A DNA stretch of 64,000 bases from Rhizomicrobium sp. (GTDB taxonomy: Bacteria > Pseudomonadota > Alphaproteobacteria > Micropepsales > Micropepsaceae): contig DATGGN010000009.1 of the NCBI GenBank assembly GCA_035308485.1, positions 6,540 through 70,539 on the forward strand, given 5' to 3'. A model generated the notes under the pieces. It worked only from the letters and a program-made list of their open reading frames with translations. It did not search any database and had not been told where the DNA came from. Every line of letters starts with the position of its first letter. The first letter of the stretch is position 1. Below, in pieces: positions 1-9,447 of the stretch. The position numbers and the translations under genes were made by a program.

Positions 1-2
1 AC

Positions 3-1619
3 GACGAGGTCGAGGTTATCCTTTCAACCGCGAATCTCGCGCGGGACGGACACATTCTCGTGCCGCAGGGCGCGCTGCTCGACAATTATCGCCTCAACCC
101 CATCGTGCTGTGGCAGCACGATCCTGAGCACCCTGTCGGGAACGCGGAAGCGCTCACCGTCTCGCCGGAGAACATCACTGCGCGCGTGAAATTCGCGCCG
201 GTCGGTACCACGCGCAAGGCCGACGAGACCCGCGGCCTGGTGAAGAACGGAATCGTACGCGCCGTCTCGATCGGGTTCGAACCGCTCGACGGCGAACCGC
301 TCGACCCGAAGAAACCGCGCGGCGGCCAGCGCTTCACCAAATGGGAATTGCTCGAGTGCTCGTTCGTCTCCGTGCCGGCCGACACCGGCGCCGTGGTGAC
401 GGCGCGCGCCAATGGAGAACGAGAAATGGCGGACGAAGACTGGAAGGTTGGAACGTCGCGCAATCTCCCGATCGAAGACAGTGACGCCTGGGACGGCGGC
501 GAAGCCGAGGCTTCGATCTTCAAATGGGCTGGCGGCGACGATTTCGACGGCGCGAAGGCCCGCAAGGGATTCCTGTTCTACAACGCCAACAAGCCCAAAG
601 AGCGCAGTTCATACAAGGACCCCATCGCGCATGTCGTGGATGGACGGCTCGTCGTTCCGAAAGGCGCGATTCGCGCCGCCGCGTCCCGCCTCCCGCAGAC
701 CGATGTACCGGAAGGGGCGAAGAAAAAGGCGCAAGCCGTTCTGGATCATTACAAGGAGAAAGCCGGCATGTCGGACAAGGAACATTCCGTCGTTGCGGCG
801 CACAAGCGCGCGCTGTCCCGCGCCCCGGCCGTTCCGGTCCTCAAGCGCGGCCTATACGAAGTCGCCAGCCTTGCCTACCAGCTCGAGCAGCTGGGTTACG
901 CGCATGCCTGCGCGGAATGGGAAGCGGCGCTTGAAGGCGACGACAGCAAGGTTCCCGCCATGCTCGGTGAGGCGCTGAAGACGCTTGGGGGAGCCTTCAT
1001 TGCCATGGCCGAAGAAGAGGCCGAAGAACTGCTCGACAACAAGGGCCTGCTCGAGGATGACGATGACGACGCCATCGAAATCGATGTCGAAGAGCGCGCC
1101 TACATCGCCGGCGGCAAGACGCCGCGTGCCCGTGCCTGGCGCAAGGCGCTGGTCATGCTCCGTGCCGGGAAGGCGCTCTCGCAATCCAATCTGCAACAGC
1201 TCGAGGAAGCGCAGGATCATCATGCCCGCGCACTCAAGCACCATCGCTCCGCCACTGAAGCCCATGGCGAAGTCGGCAAGGCCATCGAGAAGGCGCGCTC
1301 CGCGCTGAAGCGCGCGATGGACGCCGCAGACGGCAAGGAAGTGGAGAAGGCGCAGGCGCAATGCCGCAGCGCCGCCAAGGCGCTCGATGGCGTGGCCGAT
1401 CATCACGAAGATGTTGGCGATGCCCACCGTGGCATGGCCCGCTGCGTCCGCGCGGCCGAGCGCTGCGTGCGATCCGTCGTCGATGGTGCCGTTGCCAGCG
1501 GCGAAGACAGCGATTCGAAAGATGTACAGAACTCTTCCGGCGAGACCGAAGAGGATAAAGGTTCGCGCACCGCAGAATACTGGCAGCGCGAAGTCGCGCG
1601 GCTGAGAAAAGCCGCCTAA
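3..1619 (+). CDS. HK97-family prohead protease with long C-terminal extension (5' end truncated by window)
   Basis: NPIVLWQHD, AVSIGF and ELLECSFVSVPAD motifs; frame open from position 3 (DEVEVILST..ARDGHIL); directly upstream of capsid gene. Confidence 0.9.
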   Translation, partial: DEVEVILSTANLARDGHILVPQGALLDNYRLNPIVLWQHDPEHPVGNAEALTVSPENITARVKFAPVGTTRKADETRGLVKNGIVRAVSIGFEPLDGEPLDPKKPRGGQRFTKWELLECSFVSVPADTGAVVTARANGEREMADEDWKVGTSRNLPIEDSDAWDGGEAEASIFKWAGGDDFDGAKARKGFLFYNANKPKERSSYKDPIAHVVDGRLVVPKGAIRAAASRLPQTDVPEGAKKKAQAVLDHYKEKAGMSDKEHSVVAAHKRALSRAPAVPVLKRGLYEVASLAYQLEQLGYAHACAEWEAALEGDDSKVPAMLGEALKTLGGAFIAMAEEEAEELLDNKGLLEDDDDDAIEIDVEERAYIAGGKTPRARAWRKALVMLRAGKALSQSNLQQLEEAQDHHARALKHHRSATEAHGEVGKAIEKARSALKRAMDAADGKEVEKAQAQCRSAAKALDGVADHHEDVGDAHRGMARCVRAAERCVRSVVDGAVASGEDSDSKDVQNSSGETEEDKGSRTAEYWQREVARLRKAA

Positions 1620-1712
1620 AAATCCGCCGCAAGGCAGATCGCCCCGAACGCCCTTGGGCAAGGCATCCGCGCTGCGGCTTACGAGCCGCAATCTCTCAAA
1701 TGGAGAAACACC

Positions 1713-3188
1713 ATGACGATCAGGGTCCACGACCTTGAGAAGAAGCGCGCGACTGCCTTTGATGCATTCAAGGCGCTCGCGCACAAAGACGACAAAACGG
1801 ATGATGACTGGACGAATCTTCCGGAATTGAAACGCGCCGTCGAAAATCTCGATCGCGAAATCGAGATCGCGAAGGAAGCGCAGCGCCTCGCTGGCGCGCG
1901 TGCTACGCCTGTCGAAGGGCAGGAGGGCGACGGCACCAGCGTACAGGTTCGCGAACGCGATCCCTATATCAACGAGGACGACGCGAAAGCGATGGGCCTC
2001 GGAACCTCCAAGGGCCTTCGCGCCATCGCCTGCGTGAAGCTGTTCAATGCCGGCGGATCGAACGTACAGTCGGCCCGCAGCATTGCGGCCGAACGCTACG
2101 GCGAGCGTCATTCCATCACCCGCGCTTTCGATCCACGCAGCGTTCCGGGAAGTCGTGCGCTGGTGACGGCCGTTGGTGCCTCTGGCGGCTTCATCGTTCC
2201 GCCGGATTATGTGAACGAGATCATCGAATTGCTGCGCCCCGCAGCGGTTGTGCGCTCGGCAGGCCCGCGCGTTCTCCCGATGCCCCGCGGCACGATGACG
2301 TTGCCCGGACAGGCCTCTGCGGCCAGCGCCAGCTATAGCGGCGAAGTCTCGCAGATCGCCTCTTCGCAGCAGACGCTCAACCAGATCGTCGCCAGCTACA
2401 AGAAGCTGACGGCGTTGACGCCCGTTTCGAACGATCTCATGCGCTATGCCGACCCGGCTGCGGATGCGTTCGTGCGCGACGATCTCGTCAAGGTGATCGC
2501 GCTCCGCGAAGACCTTGCATTCATCCTTGGCGACGGCACGGCGGCAGCCCCGATGGGCTTCCTTTATTTCGCCAATCGCTGGGTAAAGGCGCAGGGCGGT
2601 ACGGTCGGCGTGTGGAGCACAACGGCAAACTCGACCCTGGCCGTGAATGCCACCGACCCGGCAAACACCACCGGCGGCAACTTCATCAGCGCCAACGAGA
2701 CGTACACGCTGGCGACGGTGGCGGCCGAACTCGGCGGGGCGGTCAACCGCCTCGACACGGCGAACGTGCCGGACAGCCGCCGTGTGTGGTTCATGCACCC
2801 GCGGAGTTACAACTATCTCTTCAACGTGCAGAACTCACTCGGCGTCTACGTCTATCGCGAGGAACTTCTGACCGGAAAGTTGCTCAGCTATCCGTTCAAG
2901 AAAACCACGCAGATCGGCACCAACTACTACGATGCAAACGGCGCGCACACGGACTGCTCGTTCATCTTCCTCGTGGAAATGGACGAGGCGATCATCCTGG
3001 ACTCGATGACGCTTGAGCTGATGGTGTCTCGCGAAGGCTCCTATGTGGACGCCAACTCGAACACCGTCTCGGCGTTGCAGAACGACCAGACGCTGATCCG
3101 CGCCATCGCAGAGCACGATTTCCAGATGCGCCACGATCAGTCGATCGCGGTCATCCAGAACGTGCGCTACGCGCCGGCCATCTCGTAA
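1713..3188 (+). CDS. Major capsid protein, HK97 fold
   Basis: N-terminal coiled-coil delta domain, GGFIVPPDY..EIIELLR, WFMHPR and DQTLIRAIAEHDF motifs; SD GGAG. Confidence 0.95.
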   Translation: MTIRVHDLEKKRATAFDAFKALAHKDDKTDDDWTNLPELKRAVENLDREIEIAKEAQRLAGARATPVEGQEGDGTSVQVRERDPYINEDDAKAMGLGTSKGLRAIACVKLFNAGGSNVQSARSIAAERYGERHSITRAFDPRSVPGSRALVTAVGASGGFIVPPDYVNEIIELLRPAAVVRSAGPRVLPMPRGTMTLPGQASAASASYSGEVSQIASSQQTLNQIVASYKKLTALTPVSNDLMRYADPAADAFVRDDLVKVIALREDLAFILGDGTAAAPMGFLYFANRWVKAQGGTVGVWSTTANSTLAVNATDPANTTGGNFISANETYTLATVAAELGGAVNRLDTANVPDSRRVWFMHPRSYNYLFNVQNSLGVYVYREELLTGKLLSYPFKKTTQIGTNYYDANGAHTDCSFIFLVEMDEAIILDSMTLELMVSREGSYVDANSNTVSALQNDQTLIRAIAEHDFQMRHDQSIAVIQNVRYAPAIS

Positions 3189-3194
3189 CCGGAA

Positions 3195-3219
3195 GGGCGC
3201 GGGCGGTGAGCCCGCGTCC
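3195..3219 (+). terminator. GC-rich hairpin after capsid gene (stabiliser/attenuator; no U-tract)
   Basis: gggcgcgggc-ggtga-gcccgcgtcc inverted repeat. Confidence 0.4.
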
Positions 3220-3257
3220 TCCGCCTTCCCCCTTCCGAACGAAAAGGAGTCACCCAG

Positions 3258-3737
3258 ATGGGCGACATTGTTCAGACCAAAAACATCGGCGCGCTGGTCG
3301 ACATTCAGCGCTGCTCCGATCATGCCACTTCGACGGCCGGCGGGTCCGGTGATGCCACGACCGTCACCGGTCTCACCATCGACCGCGCTGGCTTCTCCAG
3401 CGGTTCCTTGCCGCGTTCCGCCCTGTTCGGCGTCCTGTACGAAGCAACCATCGCTTCGGGTAAGACGCTCTCCATCGGCTATGCCGTCCAGCATTCACTG
3501 GATGGCTCGACTTGGACGGACTACCAGACGGCGACCTATGCCGTGGTCTCGACAGGCGCGTCCGGCGGCTCGACAAACAAGGGCACGTGGAACGTCGCCT
3601 GCGACCTGAACAGCGCATATCGCTACGTCCGCTTCAACTACAATCCGGACCTGAACGCCAGCGGTACCGATACATCCTATTCGGATGCCGCTGGCGTATT
3701 TGGCGGGTTCGACAGGCTGGCCGCGCCGGTCAACTGA
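3258..3737 (+). CDS. Putative capsid decoration/cement beta-sandwich protein
   Basis: Immediately after MCP, SD AAGGAG, T/S/G-rich, VQHSLDGSTWTD motif. Confidence 0.55.
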   Translation: MGDIVQTKNIGALVDIQRCSDHATSTAGGSGDATTVTGLTIDRAGFSSGSLPRSALFGVLYEATIASGKTLSIGYAVQHSLDGSTWTDYQTATYAVVSTGASGGSTNKGTWNVACDLNSAYRYVRFNYNPDLNASGTDTSYSDAAGVFGGFDRLAAPVN

Positions 3738-3744
3738 TCCGCGC

Positions 3745-4494
3745 ATGGATGACGCCCAGAAAGCGAGAATGGAGCGCGCGCGATCGCGCTCCATTTTTAT
3801 CGCCACGCCGATCGCCAGGCATCCGGTGCGGCAGTACACGACTGCGCTGCACCTGACATGCGTCATGCTCGCAGGCCTAGGCATCCGCGCATGGGTGCAG
3901 AACACGGTCGGCGCCAGCAACCTCCCGCGGGCGAGGAATGATCTTGTCGCGGCGTTTCTGGCGTCGGATTACGACGACCTGCTGTTCATCGACGACGACA
4001 TGGGCTGGAACCCCGGCGACGTCATCCGGTTGATGGCGTCGGAGCAGGCCGTGATCGGCGGCGTCGGATGCAAGAAGACGCTGCTCGCGGACACCGCCAA
4101 AGAGAAGTGGTGTTTCCGCGCGCTCAAAGGCGGGCGCTTCGTCCAGGACGATTTTGGCGCGATCGAGGTTGAGGCAGTCGGTACCGGCTTCCTCAAAATC
4201 TCGCGCGAAGTATTCGAGACAATGAAAGCCGCGCATCCAGACTGGAAGCGCAACGGCTGGCACGACACACCGGCAGAACACAAGCCGCACTGCTACCGCT
4301 TCTTCGCCTTCGATCCGGACGACCCGGAAGAGAAGGGCGAAGACATCGCCTTCTGCATGGAATGGCGGCGGCTTGGCGGGCGGGTGTTCATCGATCCGAC
4401 AATCAGGCTCGTGCACGTCGGCGAGATGGAATTCACCGGCGACTTCACCGCGCTGCTTGAACCCGCGCCCCAATACCGCGAGGCCGCCGAATGA
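3745..4494 (+). CDS. GT-A fold (GT2-like) glycosyltransferase
   Basis: IATP, RARNDLV, LLFIDDD (DxD), GTGFLKI.R.VF, GEDIAFC and IDPTIRLVHVG motifs. Confidence 0.8.
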   Translation: MDDAQKARMERARSRSIFIATPIARHPVRQYTTALHLTCVMLAGLGIRAWVQNTVGASNLPRARNDLVAAFLASDYDDLLFIDDDMGWNPGDVIRLMASEQAVIGGVGCKKTLLADTAKEKWCFRALKGGRFVQDDFGAIEVEAVGTGFLKISREVFETMKAAHPDWKRNGWHDTPAEHKPHCYRFFAFDPDDPEEKGEDIAFCMEWRRLGGRVFIDPTIRLVHVGEMEFTGDFTALLEPAPQYREAAE

Positions 4495-4694
4495 CGAAAA
4501 TGGTCCAGTTCACCCGGCCGATGTCGCCGTACAATGTCGGCGAAGAGAAAGCCCTTCCGGACGGCGAAGCCGAGCGCGCCGAGAAGGAAGGCTGGGGAAA
4601 GATCGTGCCGAGCGTCTTCGACAAGCAGGCCATCGCCGAAGAGACGAAGAAGCGCCAGCGCTACATGACGCGCGGAAAGGAATCCCCGCGATGA
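4491..4694 (+). CDS. Small phage hypothetical protein
   Basis: ATGA overlaps on both sides; typical head-module small protein. Confidence 0.65.
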   Translation: MTKMVQFTRPMSPYNVGEEKALPDGEAERAEKEGWGKIVPSVFDKQAIAEETKKRQRYMTRGKESPR

Positions 4695-5095
4695 ACCTGC
4701 TGACGCTCCCCGCCGTAACGACGGCGCTGCCCCTGACCGCAACGCCGGCCGTGCGGTTCAACGCGCCGCCGAAATCGGTGAAGCTCCAGGCGAACTTCAC
4801 CTACGGGTCCGGAGGCACGTCTGTCGACGCCTATGTGCAGACGAGCATCGATGGCGGGACGACCTGGTGCGACGTGGCGAATTTTCATTTCACCACGGCG
4901 AGCGCGCGATCGGTCTATGCCATCATCGGCGACAATGCCTCCGGCGCGTTCACGCCGACGGACGGCAGCATCGCCGCAAATACCTATATCGCGGGGCTGT
5001 TTGGCTCCCTCTGGCGGGTGAAGTACACCTCGTCCGGTACCTATGCGGGCGGAACGGCGCTTTCTGTCGATATGTCGAGCGATCAGGCGCCGTAA
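4691..5095 (+). CDS. Phage beta-sandwich protein, possible virion decoration
   Basis: VQTSIDGGTTWCD motif resembles 3258 gene; ATGA coupling. Confidence 0.6.
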   Translation: MNLLTLPAVTTALPLTATPAVRFNAPPKSVKLQANFTYGSGGTSVDAYVQTSIDGGTTWCDVANFHFTTASARSVYAIIGDNASGAFTPTDGSIAANTYIAGLFGSLWRVKYTSSGTYAGGTALSVDMSSDQAP

Positions 5096-5101
5096 CCGGC
5101 G

Positions 5102-6034
5102 ATGGCGCTCTCGGTTGTCGAAACGGTTGTTGCAGAAGCCGCGACCTACAATCTCACGGATCTGGACACGGCTCACTGCGAGCTGAAAATCCCGGACAAG
5201 GACACCTCGAACGACAAGTGGCTATCGCGCGCCGTCACCCAGGCGAGCAAAGCCGCACAAGCCTTGTGCAAACAGCCGCTGGTCGTGGAATCGGTCCTGA
5301 ACACCATCGACATCGAACAGGACCCATATCCTTACCAGACGCCGGGCGGCGTACGGCCGCTCCAGCTGTCCCGCTTTCCGCTGATATCGGTCGGGACGGT
5401 TCTGCAAACCATCGCGCTGAACACGACGCAGACGCTCGTTCTCGGCACCGACTATCGAATCGATGCAGACGCCGGGCAGCTGATCCGCCTGAACCCCTTC
5501 ACCGGCGTGGCGACAACGTGGGAAGCACTGCCGCTCAGCGTGCCTTTTGTCGCCGGGATGGGGGCGGTGGCGACGGAATCCTACACGGTGGCCAGCCCGT
5601 CCTATCAGTACACGCCGAAGAATGCGGCGCAGTTCTCGATCGACCAGGGCGTCGTTTACGCCTCGAGCGGAATCGCGCTGACGCCGATCGCGAGCGGCGC
5701 GCCGACGGTTGGTCAGTACCTGGTGACCATCGTGACGGATTCCCTGGGCAACCGCACCGGCGCGACCTATCAATTTGCCGCGGCAGATGTGAACGCCGCT
5801 GTCAACATCACCTACGGCTACAACGACATCGAGGACGATGTGATCGATGCCGTGCTTCGCCTGATCACGGCGCGATGGAGCCAGCGCGGCCGCGATGCGA
5901 TGCTGATGGAAGAAACCACGCCCCAGCTCGGCACAAAGCGCTACTGGGTGCCGGATCCATCAAAAGCGAACGGCGCGATCTCGCCAGAAATTCAGGGGCT
6001 GCTCGACCCGTATCGCGTTCCTTCCGTCGCGTGA
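5102..6034 (+). CDS. Head-tail connector/adaptor (gp6-like) with inserted Ig-like module
   Basis: LTDLD..HCEL N-terminus, DVIDAVLRLI and LLDPYRVP C-terminus. Confidence 0.75.
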   Translation: MALSVVETVVAEAATYNLTDLDTAHCELKIPDKDTSNDKWLSRAVTQASKAAQALCKQPLVVESVLNTIDIEQDPYPYQTPGGVRPLQLSRFPLISVGTVLQTIALNTTQTLVLGTDYRIDADAGQLIRLNPFTGVATTWEALPLSVPFVAGMGAVATESYTVASPSYQYTPKNAAQFSIDQGVVYASSGIALTPIASGAPTVGQYLVTIVTDSLGNRTGATYQFAAADVNAAVNITYGYNDIEDDVIDAVLRLITARWSQRGRDAMLMEETTPQLGTKRYWVPDPSKANGAISPEIQGLLDPYRVPSVA

Positions 6035-6044
6035 CGCAGCGTCC

Positions 6045-6530
6045 ATGGCAGACGACATCGGCGTCATCGTCACCGGTGATCGGGAGATTGCGGACAAGTT
6101 CGACCGGTGGCCCTCGCGTTTCGCGAGCGTGCTCTTCGAGCGCATAACCGGGCTGACGGACGAATTGTACGCCCGCATCGAAGGCGCGGTGCCCAGACGC
6201 ACCGGGCGCCTCGCTGGCGAGATCGTCGAGAAGGTCAGAGAGACCGATACGAGCATCACCGGCTCGGTTTCCGTCTCTGCCGAATTCGCGAAGGCGGGCG
6301 CGCTCGAATATGGCGGCACGGGAAAGCCGTTCCGCGTCCGGGCGCACGAGATGCGGCTTTCGCATCTTTGGGCGCGGGCAACGGCGGTGCCGATGATGGT
6401 CAGCGTTCCCGAACATAGCCGCGTCCTGGACATCTCCGCCCGGCGCTTCATGCGCGGGCCGCTCGAATCGATGCGCAGCGAAGTCACCGACCAGCTGCAA
6501 CAGGCTGTCGACGAGGCCGGTTCCGAATGA
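6045..6530 (+). CDS. HK97 gp10-like neck protein
   Basis: P.RTG.L, LEYGG and ARRFMRGPL motifs; synteny. Confidence 0.75.
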   Translation: MADDIGVIVTGDREIADKFDRWPSRFASVLFERITGLTDELYARIEGAVPRRTGRLAGEIVEKVRETDTSITGSVSVSAEFAKAGALEYGGTGKPFRVRAHEMRLSHLWARATAVPMMVSVPEHSRVLDISARRFMRGPLESMRSEVTDQLQQAVDEAGSE

Positions 6531-6979
6531 ACCTCACGCAGGAACAGGCACTCGCTAGCCTCGTCGCATGGCTCGGCAACAAGACGGCTGGCACGTTCGA
6601 CAATCTGCCGCCGGATTCGGCGAACCCGATCGACAACCGGCGGCTGGTTTTGCCATCGCAACTCGCCGGCAAGACGGCGCTGTTCGTCGAACACATCTCG
6701 GACGACGACACCTGGACAGGCACGGTCGTCCAGAAGACCGAGATGGAAGTCTGGATCTGGATTTTCGCCTCACCCGGCGACGATGACGTGCCGTCGACGG
6801 TTTTGAACGGCCTCTGCGCCCAGGTGCGCAACGCGCTTGCGCCCGACGGCATGGGCAACCCCTGTACGCTCGGAGGCCTTGTTCACTACGCCCGCGTCGA
6901 AGGCAAGAGCGAATACTTCCCCGGCGACATTGGCAAGCAGGCGCTCGCCAGGATTCAGGTCGCGATTCTTCTTCCGTAA
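6527..6979 (+). CDS. Tail terminator protein
   Basis: Position before tube gene, TLGGLVHYARVEG motif. Confidence 0.7.
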   Translation: MNLTQEQALASLVAWLGNKTAGTFDNLPPDSANPIDNRRLVLPSQLAGKTALFVEHISDDDTWTGTVVQKTEMEVWIWIFASPGDDDVPSTVLNGLCAQVRNALAPDGMGNPCTLGGLVHYARVEGKSEYFPGDIGKQALARIQVAILLP

Positions 6980-6993
6980 AGGAACCACCGCCC

Positions 6994-7752
6994 ATGCAAC
7001 TGAACTTTGGCGCCGGCAATGCCATCGGCAAGCGTACGGACATCGCGAACGCGAAACCGTCCTTCCTCGGCGTGCTGCAGGACCTTGAAATCGATATCGC
7101 CCAGACGTTGAAGGAATTGACGGGTGCCTACAAAATGCCCGTCGACGTGGCGCCGTCCAATCTGAAGGTCACCGGAAAGGCGAAGTTCGCGCGCATCCAG
7201 GGCGCCTCCATCAATAACCTCCTGCTCGGCCAGACGGAAACGGATGGCGCCGGCATCGACATGGCGATTGCGGAAAGCTTTTCCGTCCCGGGCTCGCCTT
7301 CCTACGTCTATCAGGTCACCAACCACGCGACGTTCATCGAAGACCTCGGTGTCTTTTATGCCAATGGCGGCGCGCAGCTGCAACCGCTCTCCGTGCTCGT
7401 CGGCAACACGCCGGGGCAATATACGATCAACTCCGCCACCGGAACGTACACATTCGCATCCGGCGATGCGGGCGCCGCGCTCGTCTGCTATTACAGTTAT
7501 TTGGTGTCGACGCTGGTGCAGATTTCTCTGGCCAATCAGTTGATGGGCACCGGCCCGGTCTTCGAGCTGCAGGCGAAGCAGTCGTACGCCGTGCAGGGCA
7601 CGACAAAGGAACTGGTGCTGAAACTGAACGCCTGCCGCGCCTCGAAATGGAGCCTTCCCTTCAAGAATACGGACTACACCATTCAGGACTTCGAGTTCAC
7701 CGCGTTCTGCGATTCCCAGAACAACTGGGGCACCTGGTCATTCAGCGAATAA
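6994..7752 (+). CDS. Major tail tube protein, copy 1
   Basis: FGAG N-terminus, KELTGAYKMPVDVA and DYTIQDFEFTAF motifs; synteny. Confidence 0.85.
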   Translation: MQLNFGAGNAIGKRTDIANAKPSFLGVLQDLEIDIAQTLKELTGAYKMPVDVAPSNLKVTGKAKFARIQGASINNLLLGQTETDGAGIDMAIAESFSVPGSPSYVYQVTNHATFIEDLGVFYANGGAQLQPLSVLVGNTPGQYTINSATGTYTFASGDAGAALVCYYSYLVSTLVQISLANQLMGTGPVFELQAKQSYAVQGTTKELVLKLNACRASKWSLPFKNTDYTIQDFEFTAFCDSQNNWGTWSFSE

Positions 7753-7799
7753 GACCTTCCGGCTCAACGCCGCTGTCACCGTCCTAAAGGAACCTCTCC

Positions 7800-8771
7800 A
7801 TGCAGCTGAATTTCGGCGCCGGTACGGCTATCGGGAAACGCACCGATATCGCCAACGCGAAGCCATCGTTTCTCGGCGTCCTTCAGGATATCGAGATCGA
7901 TATTGCGCAAACGCTCAAGGAGTTGACCGGTGCATACAAGATGCCGGTCGATGTCGCGCCGTCAAATTTGAAAGTGACGGGAAAAGCCAAATTCGCGCGC
8001 ATCGAAGGCGCGACCATCAACAATCTGTTGCTGGGCCAGACCGAAAGCGACGCTTCCGGTATCGACATGGCGATACAGGAAACGCAGACCGTCGCGGCTG
8101 CCGTCACCGCTGCCACGAACAACACGACCGCGGCCGGCAATGCGGTGCTGCATTTCTCGGCCGTTCCGGCCGGCGTCTACACCGGCCAGCTCGTCACAGA
8201 CAACACGGCGAGCGTCATTCCCGCCGGCACATACGTGCTTTCGCAGACCAGCACCACCGTTACCCTGAGCCAGAACGTGACCGGCGGCGGCGTCGGCAAT
8301 GGCGACACCATCAAGTTCTTTGCCGGCTTTCCGGTCACGAACGTGTCCGCCTTCATCGAGGATTTGGGCGTCTTTTACGCGACTGCCAACAACGGAATCC
8401 AGCTGCAGCCTGCATCGGCGGCGGTCGGTCCGTCATCGGGGGTGTATGTCGTACAATCCGGCTTCTACAGCTTTGCCAACTCCGACGCCGGAGCGGCCAT
8501 CCTCGTGTGGTACAGCTACACGGTCAGCAATCTCGTGCAGTTCTCGCTTGCCAATCAGCTCATGGGAACGGGACCCGTTTTCGAACTGATGCTCAAGAAT
8601 TCCTACGCCTACCAGGGCGTGAACAAGGAGCTGGTGATCAAGCTGAACGCGTGCCGGTCGTCGAAGTGGTCGCTCCCCTTCAAGAACACCGATTACACCA
8701 TTCAGGATTTCGAATTTACGGCCTTCTGCGACGCCTCCAACAACTGGGGCACATGGGCATTCACGGAGTAG
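7800..8771 (+). CDS. Major tail tube protein, copy 2 (with about 70-aa insertion)
   Basis: N- and C-terminal regions nearly identical to copy 1 at protein level, synonymous positions diverged. Confidence 0.85.
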   Translation: MQLNFGAGTAIGKRTDIANAKPSFLGVLQDIEIDIAQTLKELTGAYKMPVDVAPSNLKVTGKAKFARIEGATINNLLLGQTESDASGIDMAIQETQTVAAAVTAATNNTTAAGNAVLHFSAVPAGVYTGQLVTDNTASVIPAGTYVLSQTSTTVTLSQNVTGGGVGNGDTIKFFAGFPVTNVSAFIEDLGVFYATANNGIQLQPASAAVGPSSGVYVVQSGFYSFANSDAGAAILVWYSYTVSNLVQFSLANQLMGTGPVFELMLKNSYAYQGVNKELVIKLNACRSSKWSLPFKNTDYTIQDFEFTAFCDASNNWGTWAFTE

Positions 8772-8775
8772 CCGG

Positions 8776-9438
8776 ATGCGAAAATCGCGGCGCAGGCGGC
8801 CGCACGGCGGAACCGGTCGTCGCCGCGCCGACGCGACCACTCCGCTTTGCTTGGCGTTGCCAAAGCCGAACAGGAAAGCGATCGACGACGGTCATCCTTG
8901 CATCACGATAGCCGGGCAGGAGTGGCCGATCCCGCCGCTCGCTCCACGCCAGAACCGTCACGTCGTCGCCGCCCTGATGCGCATGGGCGGCGATTTTTTT
9001 GCTCATTATGGCGATCTTGTGGATGCCGTGTTCTTCGCGCTTACGCGCGCGCACCCCGATCTCGCGAGAAGCGAATTCGAGGAATGGCCGATCCCGGTGT
9101 ACGAACTGACGGCGGCACTTCCCGTCATCACAAAGCAGACGGGGTGGCTGAAACCGGGGAAGAATTCGACGACGGAGCCTAAGCCGCCGGACTTCGACGC
9201 CATCATTGCCGAGGTGTGCAATTTCCGCCTCGGTACAACCGAGGAATACTGGGAAGACAATCTGACCGGCGCGCGCTTCGAAGCAATGGCGGAAGAATGG
9301 CGGCAGCGGCCGCCGTTGGTGACGCTGATATCGGCCTTCTTGGGCTATAAGCCTCCCCCGACGGAAGAAGAAGCCATCTCCGAACTGTTCCGCCTGTTTC
9401 CGAGCGGGAAGATTTCCGGCTCGCCAACCATGCATTGA
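8776..9438 (+). CDS. Tail assembly chaperone, G+T-like domains in one frame
   Basis: ITIAGQEWPIPPL..ALTRAHPDL domain plus C-terminal WRQRPPL..AFLGYKP domain; between tube and tape measure; start uncertain. Confidence 0.7.
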   Translation: MRKSRRRRPHGGTGRRRADATTPLCLALPKPNRKAIDDGHPCITIAGQEWPIPPLAPRQNRHVVAALMRMGGDFFAHYGDLVDAVFFALTRAHPDLARSEFEEWPIPVYELTAALPVITKQTGWLKPGKNSTTEPKPPDFDAIIAEVCNFRLGTTEEYWEDNLTGARFEAMAEEWRQRPPLVTLISAFLGYKPPPTEEEAISELFRLFPSGKISGSPTMH

Positions 9439-9447
9439 GGACTGTTT

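Noticed and set aside
852-2798. Long antisense ORFs (also 11587-13323, 16423-17706, 41777-42823, 45651-46907)
   Set aside because: Shadow frames of well-supported genes in high-GC DNA; no motifs
6994-8771. DGR template/variable repeat pair
   Set aside because: Differences are mostly synonymous and not adenine-specific; both copies are full genes; no reverse transcriptase in the window
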